Source of the DNA: an uncultured Bacilli bacterium
Lineage (GTDB): Bacteria; Bacillota_I; Bacilli_A; RF39; UBA660
NCBI GenBank assembly: GCA_934130545.1
Contig: CAKOYD010000004.1
Coordinates: forward strand, 16,780 to 80,779
DNA length: 64,000 nucleotides
Direction: 5' to 3'
In this document: positions 38,436 to 48,241 of the stretch, piece after piece
Layout of the letters: each line of letters begins with the position of its first letter
Numbering within the stretch: the stretch's first letter is position 1
Notes under the pieces: model-generated
Database searches by the model: none
What the model was told of the DNA's origin: nothing
The model's input: only the letters and a program-made list of their open reading frames with translations
Position numbers and translations under genes: made by a program

Positions 38436-39116
38436 TTAAATATCAAGAATTAACTTAACATTAGCAGTTATATTTTCATCACTTAACTGTGATTCTAAAT
38501 TTAAACTTTGAATCATTGCAGAATATTCAACACCATTATTTAGTTTTTCTAATAATTCTTTACAATAATATCTCGGAACATAACCCAAATGAAATACTTT
38601 ATCATTTTCTTTAAAAATAATTTTAATTGCATTTTTATCGTTAATATTATTAGGTTCTGGTTCTAAATACAATTTTTTATTAACTCTAAGATAATCTTTA
38701 CACTCATTAATATCCTTACAATGACTTGTTCCAGCTACATCAAACTCAATCTTACTTGAATCAAAAGAAGGAACAAATTCATAATTATCAGTAATAGTTC
38801 TACCTCTTGTTGCTCTTAAAATCTCAAAATCATCAGAATCTTTTTCCAAATTATAACAATTAAGTATTTCTAAATAATCAGGCCTTGTTTCATTAGGTAA
38901 TCGTGTTAAAATATTTGTAAATAAACGTTTACTTTCATATGTTTTTTTTAAATCTTCAAATCCAGGAAAATATTTAAAACCAACTTTTTTAGCATCATCT
39001 AATTCTGGATTAACATAACTAAACTTATATATATTACCATTTCTACATAATACTCCAACCTTATATCTTCTTCTAGAAATTGGCTCTTTCCAAATTAACC
39101 ACAACTCATTTTTCAT
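38436..39116 (-). CDS. HipS-like N-domain fused to HIRAN domain (putative antitoxin/partner of Hip kinase)
   Basis: N-terminus LWLIWKEPISRRRYKVGVL...NGNIYKFSY...LFTNILTRLPNET resembles the HipA N-subdomain-1/HipS. C-terminus NDKNAIKIIFKENDKVFHLGYVPRYYCKELLEKL matches the HIRAN core. Confidence 0.5.
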   Translation of the reverse strand: MKNELWLIWKEPISRRRYKVGVLCRNGNIYKFSYVNPELDDAKKVGFKYFPGFEDLKKTYESKRLFTNILTRLPNETRPDYLEILNCYNLEKDSDDFEILRATRGRTITDNYEFVPSFDSSKIEFDVAGTSHCKDINECKDYLRVNKKLYLEPEPNNINDKNAIKIIFKENDKVFHLGYVPRYYCKELLEKLNNGVEYSAMIQSLNLESQLSDENITANVKLILDI

Positions 39117-39126
39117 CTCTCACACC

Positions 39127-39984
39127 TCATTTAATTATACTTAATAATATGTCTCTCCGCTTAATTAAGTATAGTATTATATAATCTTTGTGTTTATTAG
39201 TCAACAATTCAGCAGGTATTTTATTCACTATTGTTTCTATTATTTCATCTGTTAAACTATTAAGTTTGTCTATCTCAGGAACAACTAGCATAGGAAAATT
39301 ATCATATAAGAATTGTACCAATTCAAAATGTTTATACTTTTCTTTATTATTTTCTTTATATATCAATGTTTTACTTCTTCGAACATATGAATCAAAATCC
39401 TTTATTCCTTCATAATACTTTTGTGCATTACCTAAATTTCTAAATTCTCTTAACAAACTATCCCCATTATCATACAATGGAGATATATATGACTTACCTT
39501 GTTTTTCAATAATTCCCCAATTCTCTTCATGTCTATCCTGCTCTCCAATTAAAGCATCAAAAATCATTATTCTAATAAAACCTTTAAACAATTCTTCATC
39601 TATATCATCTAGTATCATTTTTATATTTGATACAGTATAATAATTTTTTCTTTCACTTAACTCCTTATTTAAATACGCAACTATATCCGTATGTGGTGCT
39701 GTAAATCTATTAGAGAAATAATAATTTAAAACTCCAATTCTCCCAGTATTATCATATGCCAAATCTATTTTTGCGCATTCAAAACCAAGTATCTTTGCAA
39801 TTTCATATGCAATTTTTTCAGAACAAGCTTCACTACAGTCATAATCTTCTCTTTCATACTTAAACATAGCAATTTCATTTTTGTTATTTATTGCAAGCAA
39901 TTTTTTCCTTGAACCACGAACAATAGGAATATCTTGTAAAAACTCAAAATCATTTCCTACCCTTTTAATTTTATATTCTTCCAT
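39127..39984 (-). CDS. HipA-family Ser/Thr kinase, core kinase domain only (HipT-like length)
   Basis: P-loop-like IVRGSRKKLLA (cf. HipA GxQxK). Catalytic motif FDALIGEQDRHEENWGII...SPLYDNGDSL matches HipA FNLLIGNTDDHAKNFSLL...SPAYDLLS. Confidence 0.7.
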   Translation of the reverse strand: MEEYKIKRVGNDFEFLQDIPIVRGSRKKLLAINNKNEIAMFKYEREDYDCSEACSEKIAYEIAKILGFECAKIDLAYDNTGRIGVLNYYFSNRFTAPHTDIVAYLNKELSERKNYYTVSNIKMILDDIDEELFKGFIRIMIFDALIGEQDRHEENWGIIEKQGKSYISPLYDNGDSLLREFRNLGNAQKYYEGIKDFDSYVRRSKTLIYKENNKEKYKHFELVQFLYDNFPMLVVPEIDKLNSLTDEIIETIVNKIPAELLTNKHKDYIILYLIKRRDILLSIIK

Positions 39985-40088
39985 AAAACCACCTTACTAT
40001 ATTAAGTATAGCATAATATTTTATTTTTAAATACATGATTAACAACATTTAATAAAAATTTACAAAAAAGATCCTACCTTAGTAGAAT

Positions 40089-40331
40089 CTATTCAGCACT
40101 TTCATCAACATTAAAATCTTTAAGTTCTCCATTATCTGCTAAAATCTTATTTACTTTATCAGATACTTCAGTTAATTTATTATTACAATCTTTTACTAAT
40201 TCCATAGCCTTAGTATATTTATTAATTGCATCATCTAAATTAACTTCTCCAGACTCTAATTCTTTAACAATACTTTCTAATTCTTTTATTTTATCTTCAA
40301 AACTTATATCTTTATCTTTTTTCTTATCCAT
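40089..40331 (-). CDS. xseB: exodeoxyribonuclease VII small subunit
   Basis: SFEDKIKELESIVKELESGEVNLDDAINKY is the XseB signature. Confidence 0.85.
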   Translation of the reverse strand: MDKKKDKDISFEDKIKELESIVKELESGEVNLDDAINKYTKAMELVKDCNNKLTEVSDKVNKILADNGELKDFNVDESAE

Positions 40332-41599
40332 TAATTTTCACTCACCTTTACTACCTTAGAATATATATTACCATCTTTTAGATTAATAACTATATCATCA
40401 TTATCTTTAACATTAGCTATACTAGATACTACTACATTATCTTTCTTAACAATACCATATCCTCTATTTAAAGTACTAATTGGATTTAATACTTCTAACT
40501 TTTCAGTCAATCCTAACAAAGCTTGTTCTTTAAACTTATATAACATACTAGGATTAGTTAATATATAAGAATTACTACTCTTAAATAATCTAACTTTATT
40601 ATTATCAATAACTATATTAATCTCTTTATTTAGTTTATCTATTAAATTATCTAATTTTTGTTCTAATATTTCATACATAGCAGTTGGTTTCTTTAATATA
40701 TAACTATTTGCTACATTACTAATTCTAGTTTGATAATTATTGATAGTATTATTAATAGCTTGATAACTTCTTCCTTTAGCAGTTTCTAAATAATTTAATA
40801 TTGTACTAGTATCCGGTACTGCTAACTCTGCTGCCGCTGTTGGTGTTGGAGCTCTTAAATCTGCTACAAAGTCTGCAATTGTAAAATCTATTTCATGTCC
40901 TACCGCACTAATAACTGGTACTTTTGAATTATATATTGCTCTAGCAACTATCTCTTCATTAAATGGCCATAAGTCCTCTAAAGAACCACCACCACGACCA
41001 ACTATCAAAGTATCTATATCATAAGTATTAGCTAACTCTATCTTCTTAACTATATCTGCTGCAGCATCATTCCCCTGTACTAAAGCCGGAAATAGTATCG
41101 TTTCACATATAGGATATCTTCTCTTAATAGTTGTTAATATATCTCTAATAGCCGCTCCTGTTGAAGCAGTAACTATTCCAATCTTCTTAGGCATTCTAGG
41201 TATTCTTTTTTTATGTTCCGGATTAAATAATCCTTCTTTAGCTAAATCTTTCTTTAACTTCTCAAAAGCAACATATAAATTACCAATACCATCTTCTGCC
41301 ATATTCTCAACATATATCTGATAAGAACCAGTCTGTTCATAAACACTAATTCTACCTACTACTAAAACCTTCATCCCATCACAAGGCATAAACTTTAAAT
41401 TACCTGTATGATAAGAAAACATAACCGCATTTAATCTACTAGTTTCATCTTTTAAAGTAAAATAATAATGTCCTCTTGTATGTGCCTTAAAATTAGATAT
41501 TTCCCCCTTTAAATATACCATTCTTAAATTAGTATCATTCTCAAACTTAGTCTTTAAATATCTATTTAATTCACTAATAGTTATATAATTATTGTTCAT
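40331..41599 (-). CDS. xseA: exodeoxyribonuclease VII large subunit
   Basis: N-terminal OB fold (LKGEISNFKAHTRGHYYFTLKD) and catalytic core. Confidence 0.9.
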   Translation of the reverse strand: MNNNYITISELNRYLKTKFENDTNLRMVYLKGEISNFKAHTRGHYYFTLKDETSRLNAVMFSYHTGNLKFMPCDGMKVLVVGRISVYEQTGSYQIYVENMAEDGIGNLYVAFEKLKKDLAKEGLFNPEHKKRIPRMPKKIGIVTASTGAAIRDILTTIKRRYPICETILFPALVQGNDAAADIVKKIELANTYDIDTLIVGRGGGSLEDLWPFNEEIVARAIYNSKVPVISAVGHEIDFTIADFVADLRAPTPTAAAELAVPDTSTILNYLETAKGRSYQAINNTINNYQTRISNVANSYILKKPTAMYEILEQKLDNLIDKLNKEINIVIDNNKVRLFKSSNSYILTNPSMLYKFKEQALLGLTEKLEVLNPISTLNRGYGIVKKDNVVVSSIANVKDNDDIVINLKDGNIYSKVVKVSEN

Positions 41600-42002
41600 T
41601 ATCTACCCTACTATGATAAACCTTATCAAGAGCACCATTAATCATCTTACAAACACTATCATCAGAATAACTCTTGGCAAGTTCTACTGCTTCATCAATA
41701 CTAACTAAACTAGGTACATCAGTATATAATAATTCATAGATAGCAATTCTTAAAATAGCTTGATCAGTTAACCCTAATCTATCTATTGTCCAATTATCTA
41801 AATACTTATTAGCACACTCATCTATCTCTTTAATATTCTCTACAACACCATGTACTAAATTAGTAATAAACTTACTCTTAACTCCAGTTTGTGAATCTAT
41901 TATATTATCTATATCATAATCAATATTATTAGTCTCATACAACTTAATTTGATATAATATTGTCATTGCTTTATATCTTTGTTCATGTCTACTTAATTCC
42001 AT
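41589..42002 (-). CDS. nusB: transcription antitermination factor NusB
   Basis: 137 aa; R..A...L..Y N-terminus and conserved operon position upstream of xseA. Confidence 0.85.
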   Translation of the reverse strand: MELSRHEQRYKAMTILYQIKLYETNNIDYDIDNIIDSQTGVKSKFITNLVHGVVENIKEIDECANKYLDNWTIDRLGLTDQAILRIAIYELLYTDVPSLVSIDEAVELAKSYSDDSVCKMINGALDKVYHSRVDNEQ

Positions 42003-42183
42003 CTAAATCACCTACCAACTAAATCATAACATAAAATAAACATTTTGTTAACCATAAAACTCTATTTAAAGAAAAAAATATACATCTGAAGGCAACTAAA
42101 CTATATATAAAAATGCCAGTCACTAGCTAACATATATAACTCATCTTTTTCATTTTACATAAATATTAAACATATATTATTAT

Positions 42184-43470
42184 ATGAAAAGTAAATTTAT
42201 TAAATCCACTATTATTCTCCTAATAGGAGGCTTATTAACTAAAATATTAAGTATGGTTATTAGAATATTTCTAACTAGAGCTATAACTACTAAAGGAATA
42301 GGATTATATATGTTAATCTTACCAACATTTAATCTCTTTATTACTCTATCAACATTCTCATTACCAATATCTATATCTAAACTAATAAGTGAAAATAAAA
42401 AAAGAAGTAAAAATATCATTCTATCTATTATTCCTATATCTTTATTATATAACTTTATATTAATGTTTATATTAATTATTATTAGTCCCTTAATTAGTAA
42501 ATACCTACTTAATAATACTACTCTATACTATCCTGTTATGGCAATATCTTTAACCTTACCATTTATTTGTATTTCTAATATTATTAAAGGATACTTCTTT
42601 GGCAAAGAAAAAATGATTCCCTATACCATGTCTAATATTATCGAACAAATAGTAAGATTAATACTAACTATAACTCTTATTCCTAAACTAATGACTATTA
42701 ATTTAACCATTGCTATTGTTGGAGTAGTCCTTATAAATATTGTAAGTGAATTATCTTCTACTATTACTATGATGTTGTTTATCCCTAAAGTAATAGACTT
42801 AAAAGTAGAAGACTTTAAATATAATAAAGGTATATTTCGAGAAATATTAAACGTAAGTATTCCCACAACTAGTAGTCGACTAATAGGCTCAATTACCTAC
42901 TTTCTAGAACCCATTATCTTAACATATGTTTTATTACAAGTAGGATATACTAATGACTTTATAACTAATCAATATGGTATTATTAATGGTTATGTTTATC
43001 CTATCTTATTATTACCATCATTCTTTACCATGGCTATATCTAATGCCCTCCTACCTGTTATGTCCAATAACTATAATAACAATAGAAAAACATATGCTAA
43101 AAATAAACTAAAACAAGCCATTATTATTTCTCTCTTAGTAGGAGTACCTGCTACAATTATCTTAATGATATTCCCTGAATTCTTCTTAAAACTTATCTAT
43201 AACACTACCCTAGGAAGTAATTATATTAGAATAGTTGCACCTATATTTATCTTACACTATATTCAAGCGCCCCTAACAATAGCCCTCCAAGCAATGGGTA
43301 AATCAAAGATTGCCATGAAAGGTACACTATATGGATCAATAATAAGAACAATATTATTATTTACTACTAGTTATTTAAAAATAGGAATATGGGGATTAAT
43401 AATAGCAACAACATCAAATATTATATATGTAACTATTCAACATATTTATTATGTAAAAAAATATATATAA
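42184..43470 (+). CDS. MOP-superfamily flippase (SpoVB/MurJ/Wzx-like polysaccharide biosynthesis protein)
   Basis: 428 aa, ~12 predicted TM helices, typical polysacc_synt N-terminal pattern. Confidence 0.6.
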   Translation: MKSKFIKSTIILLIGGLLTKILSMVIRIFLTRAITTKGIGLYMLILPTFNLFITLSTFSLPISISKLISENKKRSKNIILSIIPISLLYNFILMFILIIISPLISKYLLNNTTLYYPVMAISLTLPFICISNIIKGYFFGKEKMIPYTMSNIIEQIVRLILTITLIPKLMTINLTIAIVGVVLINIVSELSSTITMMLFIPKVIDLKVEDFKYNKGIFREILNVSIPTTSSRLIGSITYFLEPIILTYVLLQVGYTNDFITNQYGIINGYVYPILLLPSFFTMAISNALLPVMSNNYNNNRKTYAKNKLKQAIIISLLVGVPATIILMIFPEFFLKLIYNTTLGSNYIRIVAPIFILHYIQAPLTIALQAMGKSKIAMKGTLYGSIIRTILLFTTSYLKIGIWGLIIATTSNIIYVTIQHIYYVKKYI

Positions 43471-43508
43471 AAAACTAGAACTCAATGTCCTAGTTTATTT
43501 ATTTTATA

Positions 43509-43955
43509 CTAATTAATTATATCATGAATATTGTTTATTATATCAGTAGAAACAACATCTTCATCATATGTGATAAATATATTAACATCATTTTTAATAA
43601 CATAATCAAAATCAGTATATGCACTATTAATACCATCTATCATAAGCAATTCCTCTATCATACTCTTTAAACAATATTCACAGCATAAATCTTTAATAAC
43701 AATAGTATATTTCTTACAATTTTTCATATATTTATCAAAAGCCAATATTGAAGGAATCTTAATTAAATCTAAATACAATAAAATTTCTTTTTCCAATATC
43801 TTTAGTGACATTACAAAACTATCATATTCTACATATACACTAAAATCATTATTATCTATCTTAACATCATCAATTCCATTTAACGAAAGAAGATAATCAT
43901 CTAATCCTATAAAACTATACTTTAATTCTAGTCTAATCTTTAATCTGCTCACCAA
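43509..43955 (-). CDS. hypothetical protein
   Basis: 148-aa ORF; Cys pair LCCEYC in an HMA-like context but no clear motif. Confidence 0.3.
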   Translation of the reverse strand: MVSRLKIRLELKYSFIGLDDYLLSLNGIDDVKIDNNDFSVYVEYDSFVMSLKILEKEILLYLDLIKIPSILAFDKYMKNCKKYTIVIKDLCCEYCLKSMIEELLMIDGINSAYTDFDYVIKNDVNIFITYDEDVVSTDIINNIHDIIN

Positions 43956-43998
43956 TTACCACCTTCTATTAAAATGAGGTAGAATAATTTCACTGTAA

Positions 43999-45093
43999 CT
44001 ATTTATTTCCTTCTTCTTTCTTACTATTTAAATCTAATTTTAAGACTCTACATCTATTAGTTTTCTTCTCATCAGTACTTTCTTCAGGTTTGCTATTTCC
44101 ATATAATGAAGTTGTTATAATATTATAAACTGTATTATAACAAGTTCGATCAACAACACTAGTTTTTAAAGTTTGATCAACAAAGTCTTCACTATCATCA
44201 TCAAGTTCTTGAACAATATATTCATACATTTCATCACTTATACAATCATATTGCTTAATCTTCTCTATAATACCGAGTTTTTTACCTATATAATATATCA
44301 AAAATGTTTCTGTAAAAATACTATCTACTTCTTCCATATATTCATAAATCTTATCTAACATATCTTTATATTTTTTTCTCTCATTCATAGAAATATATCT
44401 ATCCCAATTCTTTTGAATATTAATTATTCTTTCTCTAAAAGATATTAATACATCTAAATGAGCACTAGCATATGATGCTAACATCGAATCATATCTTTCA
44501 ATAATACTAAGCATGCAATTATTTATTCCACTACTATTTATATCTTCAGGTCTCCTAAATCTTTCATGTAATATTTTTTCTAAATCACATTCACTAAGTA
44601 TTTCTTCAATCATTTTTTTAGCATAATACTTTAAAATTATTTCACTATGATTATAAGAATCATATATTAATAAGAATCCATATTCAATACTTCTTTCTAC
44701 CTCTTCATCTTTCAACTTACTTAATTCAAATAATACTCTTTTACCAGAATATATTGCTTCACTAATAGCATTATATTTAATATCCTTTGTTAATTCTTCC
44801 ATAATAATAACTAGTTCTATTCTCTCATAATCAGTATCTGTATTATCCAAAAAATAATCTGCTACATTCTTAATAAAACTAATATCATTCTTAAACTTTA
44901 AAACCATATATTTAACAAACTCATAATCTTTCTTAACACTATCTGAACATAAATTATACATTTCTTTATCATTTGAATATTCAATAACTTTCATCATAAA
45001 ATATTTATCATTTTCTAATTCATCAACTGAATAATTTCCTAAATCATCACCATTAATATAACTAATAATTAATTCTTTACTATATTTACTCAT
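43999..45093 (-). CDS. hypothetical protein, DUF4116-like repeats
   Basis: Repeated ...NDKE...vikyd... units reminiscent of DUF4116. Overlaps the upstream sigma gene by 4 nt. Confidence 0.35.
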   Translation of the reverse strand: MSKYSKELIISYINGDDLGNYSVDELENDKYFMMKVIEYSNDKEMYNLCSDSVKKDYEFVKYMVLKFKNDISFIKNVADYFLDNTDTDYERIELVIIMEELTKDIKYNAISEAIYSGKRVLFELSKLKDEEVERSIEYGFLLIYDSYNHSEIILKYYAKKMIEEILSECDLEKILHERFRRPEDINSSGINNCMLSIIERYDSMLASYASAHLDVLISFRERIINIQKNWDRYISMNERKKYKDMLDKIYEYMEEVDSIFTETFLIYYIGKKLGIIEKIKQYDCISDEMYEYIVQELDDDSEDFVDQTLKTSVVDRTCYNTVYNIITTSLYGNSKPEESTDEKKTNRCRVLKLDLNSKKEEGNK

Positions 45094-46004
45094 AAAATCA
45101 CTCCTTCTTTATAATATCTCACTAATTTACGTGATGAATATCTTAATTTTCTTAAAGCATGGGCTTCTATCTGCCTAACTCTATCTTTTGTAATACCATA
45201 TTGTTTACCAATTTCCCAATATTTTTTTGTATCACAACCACCTAAACCATATCTTTGATGAATAATATCTTTTACTCTTTCATCTTTCATTGCTAAATCA
45301 ACATCTCTAATAAATGCTTGGCGTTCACTCTCATTAATAATATCTCTTTCCATATCATTTCTATCTACCATATTATCACTTATATCATCAAATATACTAA
45401 TATCAATAATTAACTTTAAATAATTCTTAATAGTCGTCTTATTAATATCATTTGTATCCATATTTAAGTTTATATACATCTTTTCAAATAATAATAAAAT
45501 ATCTTCTGCAAAAGAATGACAAATAGAATCATAAAACATTTCTCTAAGTAAATCATAATTTAACTTTTCATTACTTTTTCTTAATTCAACATAATTATTA
45601 AACAGATTTATAAATTCATCAACACTACAACCGAATAAATCACATATTAAGAAGTCAGAACCTCCTAATTTTCCATAAACTTCATTAAAGAATGTTGTTG
45701 TAAATAAATTTGAATATTTACTAATACTTAATAATTCTCCATTATATATCTTTTGTATCCATACCTCTGTAAAAGCACTAATAATATCATCGATATCATA
45801 CAAACGTGTTGATAAAACTACTAAATTATTTCTAGATATATAATTATATACAACATAAAGTGTCCATAATATTACCTTATCCATATACTCTTTCTTTAAT
45901 AAATCATTACTAACACTTGTCGCTTTTCTATAAAGTTCTTGAGCTTCTGCTAACTTCAATTTATCAAAACTAGATATTTGATTAAATAATTCATTCATAA
46001 CCAA
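45090..46004 (-). CDS. sigma-70-family RNA polymerase sigma factor
   Basis: Clear region 4: VKDIIHQRYGLGGCDTKKYWEIGKQYGITKDRVRQIEAHALRKLR. A region-2-like segment lies upstream. Confidence 0.7.
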   Translation of the reverse strand: MVMNELFNQISSFDKLKLAEAQELYRKATSVSNDLLKKEYMDKVILWTLYVVYNYISRNNLVVLSTRLYDIDDIISAFTEVWIQKIYNGELLSISKYSNLFTTTFFNEVYGKLGGSDFLICDLFGCSVDEFINLFNNYVELRKSNEKLNYDLLREMFYDSICHSFAEDILLLFEKMYINLNMDTNDINKTTIKNYLKLIIDISIFDDISDNMVDRNDMERDIINESERQAFIRDVDLAMKDERVKDIIHQRYGLGGCDTKKYWEIGKQYGITKDRVRQIEAHALRKLRYSSRKLVRYYKEGVIL

Positions 46005-46028
46005 ATTACCTCCCCTTCAAATATATAA

Positions 46029-46595
46029 CTAAATTCTTTCTTTAATTTTACTTTTATTCTTAGGAAACTTCAATGTAAAGAAAGCAACTGGAACTCTATC
46101 ATTATTTATAGAATTTTCTATATCTGCAAAAGATTTAATTGAATCAATACCAAAACCATTATCTACTAAAATACTTTTAAACTCATCAAAAGATACAATA
46201 AACTCATTATAACAGCCACTATATATTTCCTCTGGATCTGAATCAAATACACTATCACCATCTATTGCCTTATAACAACCAAATGATATAACAACAAAAT
46301 CAGATAAAGGTTTAGCGTCCACTAATGGAACATTTTCCTCTTTATCCATATCCTCAGCTCTATAAAATAATTTACAAATAGCAGATATTGATAATTCATC
46401 ATATTTCTTTCCATCAATACCTAACTTAACAATTAAACTTTCTAAATAATTTTCTAAATTATTAATTGCACCTCTTTCATTTTTTCTCTGTTCAATCTCA
46501 AATAGTGAAACAATATCTCCAGTATCATTAACATCATAACTAATATATTTACTTTCTATTTTATTTTTTAATTCTATTAATTTTTCTTTACTCAT
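46029..46595 (-). CDS. hypothetical protein
   Basis: 188-aa acidic ORF in the operon with the sigma factor; no motif. Confidence 0.3.
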   Translation of the reverse strand: MSKEKLIELKNKIESKYISYDVNDTGDIVSLFEIEQRKNERGAINNLENYLESLIVKLGIDGKKYDELSISAICKLFYRAEDMDKEENVPLVDAKPLSDFVVISFGCYKAIDGDSVFDSDPEEIYSGCYNEFIVSFDEFKSILVDNGFGIDSIKSFADIENSINNDRVPVAFFTLKFPKNKSKIKERI

Positions 46596-46618
46596 TATAA
46601 TTCCTCCTTAAAATAATT

Positions 46619-47221
46619 TTATTTAATTAATTTTTTAACTTTTCTCTCACTTTTAACACAAGCAAAATAATCATCACCTGCTGTGTCATAATAAAAACCT
46701 AAACCATCCATTGTTTCATCTGCCATACTATGTAATCTTTTCACTTTAACTTCTCTATCTTTATCACTAATACGTCCATACATCCCAAGACAAATATTAA
46801 GACCTAAATCGTGTAATTGCTTAATTTTATCAATATCACATATATCATATGGATTATGTGTTAAAAACAAATCACAATTATCAACTTTAAATATTGAAGA
46901 ACCCATTAATACTAATGGCCTATCATCATAAATTATTAGTTTACCATTACTTAAGCCAAACACCTCTCCAAAAGATGAAACAACAGCTACTAACTTTAAA
47001 CCTAAACTATCATATTTGCCTTTATTTATTTCAATAGCAGTTTCATCTGACAAATTTATATCTAAAAAAGACAAATAATCACCATACATCTTAGTTTGCT
47101 TATATAATCTACTTACCCATTCAACAAAATCTGTATCATTCAAAATATTAAATATATCATACCTCTTACCAACAGATTTACAATATTGATAATATAAGCA
47201 AAACAAATATTCACTTTTCAT
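46619..47221 (-). CDS. hypothetical protein
   Basis: 200-aa ORF, first gene of the minus-strand operon divergent from lysR; no motif. Confidence 0.3.
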   Translation of the reverse strand: MKSEYLFCLYYQYCKSVGKRYDIFNILNDTDFVEWVSRLYKQTKMYGDYLSFLDINLSDETAIEINKGKYDSLGLKLVAVVSSFGEVFGLSNGKLIIYDDRPLVLMGSSIFKVDNCDLFLTHNPYDICDIDKIKQLHDLGLNICLGMYGRISDKDREVKVKRLHSMADETMDGLGFYYDTAGDDYFACVKSERKVKKLIK

Positions 47222-47282
47222 AACTAACCTCCTATATTTTTTTACTTTTTCCCCAAAAGCACTAGTATTATACTCTAAATCG

Positions 47283-47291
47283 TGATATAAT
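47283..47291 (+). promoter_or_regulatory. TG-extended -10 element (TGATATAAT) upstream of LysR-family gene
   Basis: 55 nt upstream of the ATG at 47346; AGGAGG RBS at 47337. Confidence 0.3.
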
Positions 47292-47345
47292 CAAAATACA
47301 TATTTTTTATATGTTATATAACTATTAGTTATATCAGGAGGAATT

Positions 47346-48239
47346 ATGAATATAAACTTAGAACTCTATAAAACTTTTTATTATGTTGCTAAAAATGAAA
47401 GTATATCAAGAGCAGCTAATGAATTATTAATAAGTCAACCAGCTATAAGTAAAGCAATTAAAACTTTAGAGGACCAGCTTAATACTAATCTTTTTATTAG
47501 AAAAAGAGACGGTGTTGAGCTAACCGAAGCCGGTGAAACCATCTATAAAAAAATAAAAGATGCTATGGACTTAATTGGTTCTGCCGAAAGCGACCTAAAA
47601 ACTTTAACAAATATGGAATCAGGTACAATTAATATTGGTGCTAGTAAAACTATTATTCATGAGTTTTTAATGCCTTACATAAAATCATTCCATAAAGCAT
47701 ATCCAAATATAAATATTAAAATATATACTGACAAAACATCAGATGTAATAAAAAAAGCAAAGATGGGAATAATAGATGTTATATTTACCAACTTACCATA
47801 TAATTTACCACAAGAATTTAACGAATTTAAATTGATAGATTTACATGACTGTTTTGTTGCTAATGAAGACTTTTCTGAATATAAAAATAAAAAACTAACA
47901 ATTAAAGACTTAGAAAATCTTCCATTATTAGTTTTAACTAAAGGTACTGCAACAAGAATTAGACTTGATAATTTTTGTGAAGAAAACAATATACATATTA
48001 AACCGGCAATGGAATTTAGTAGTAATACTTTAAAAAAAGAATTTACTGAAGAAGGCTTTGGTATAGGTCTTTTAAATGAAGAACATATAAAAGAAGAATT
48101 ACAATCAGGTAAACTATTTAAATTAAATATTAATCTAACATTAAAAGAAAAATATTTAGGTATGGTATATAACAAAGAAAATAAAAGTCTTGTTGCCAAA
48201 AACTTTATAAAATACATAAAAGATAGTATTAAAAACTAA
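47346..48239 (+). CDS. LysR-family transcriptional regulator
   Basis: N-terminal HTH LELYKTFYYVAKNESISRAANELLISQPAISKAIKTLEDQL; substrate-binding C-domain. Confidence 0.85.
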   Translation: MNINLELYKTFYYVAKNESISRAANELLISQPAISKAIKTLEDQLNTNLFIRKRDGVELTEAGETIYKKIKDAMDLIGSAESDLKTLTNMESGTINIGASKTIIHEFLMPYIKSFHKAYPNINIKIYTDKTSDVIKKAKMGIIDVIFTNLPYNLPQEFNEFKLIDLHDCFVANEDFSEYKNKKLTIKDLENLPLLVLTKGTATRIRLDNFCEENNIHIKPAMEFSSNTLKKEFTEEGFGIGLLNEEHIKEELQSGKLFKLNINLTLKEKYLGMVYNKENKSLVAKNFIKYIKDSIKN

Positions 48240-48241
48240 TA

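Noticed and set aside
38179-38453. Three overlapping plus-strand ORFs (62-78 aa) through the tandem repeats
   Set aside because: They are low-complexity translations of the repeat array (…CVSLVSICASLVSVCVS…) on the strand opposite the HTH gene, so they are artefacts.
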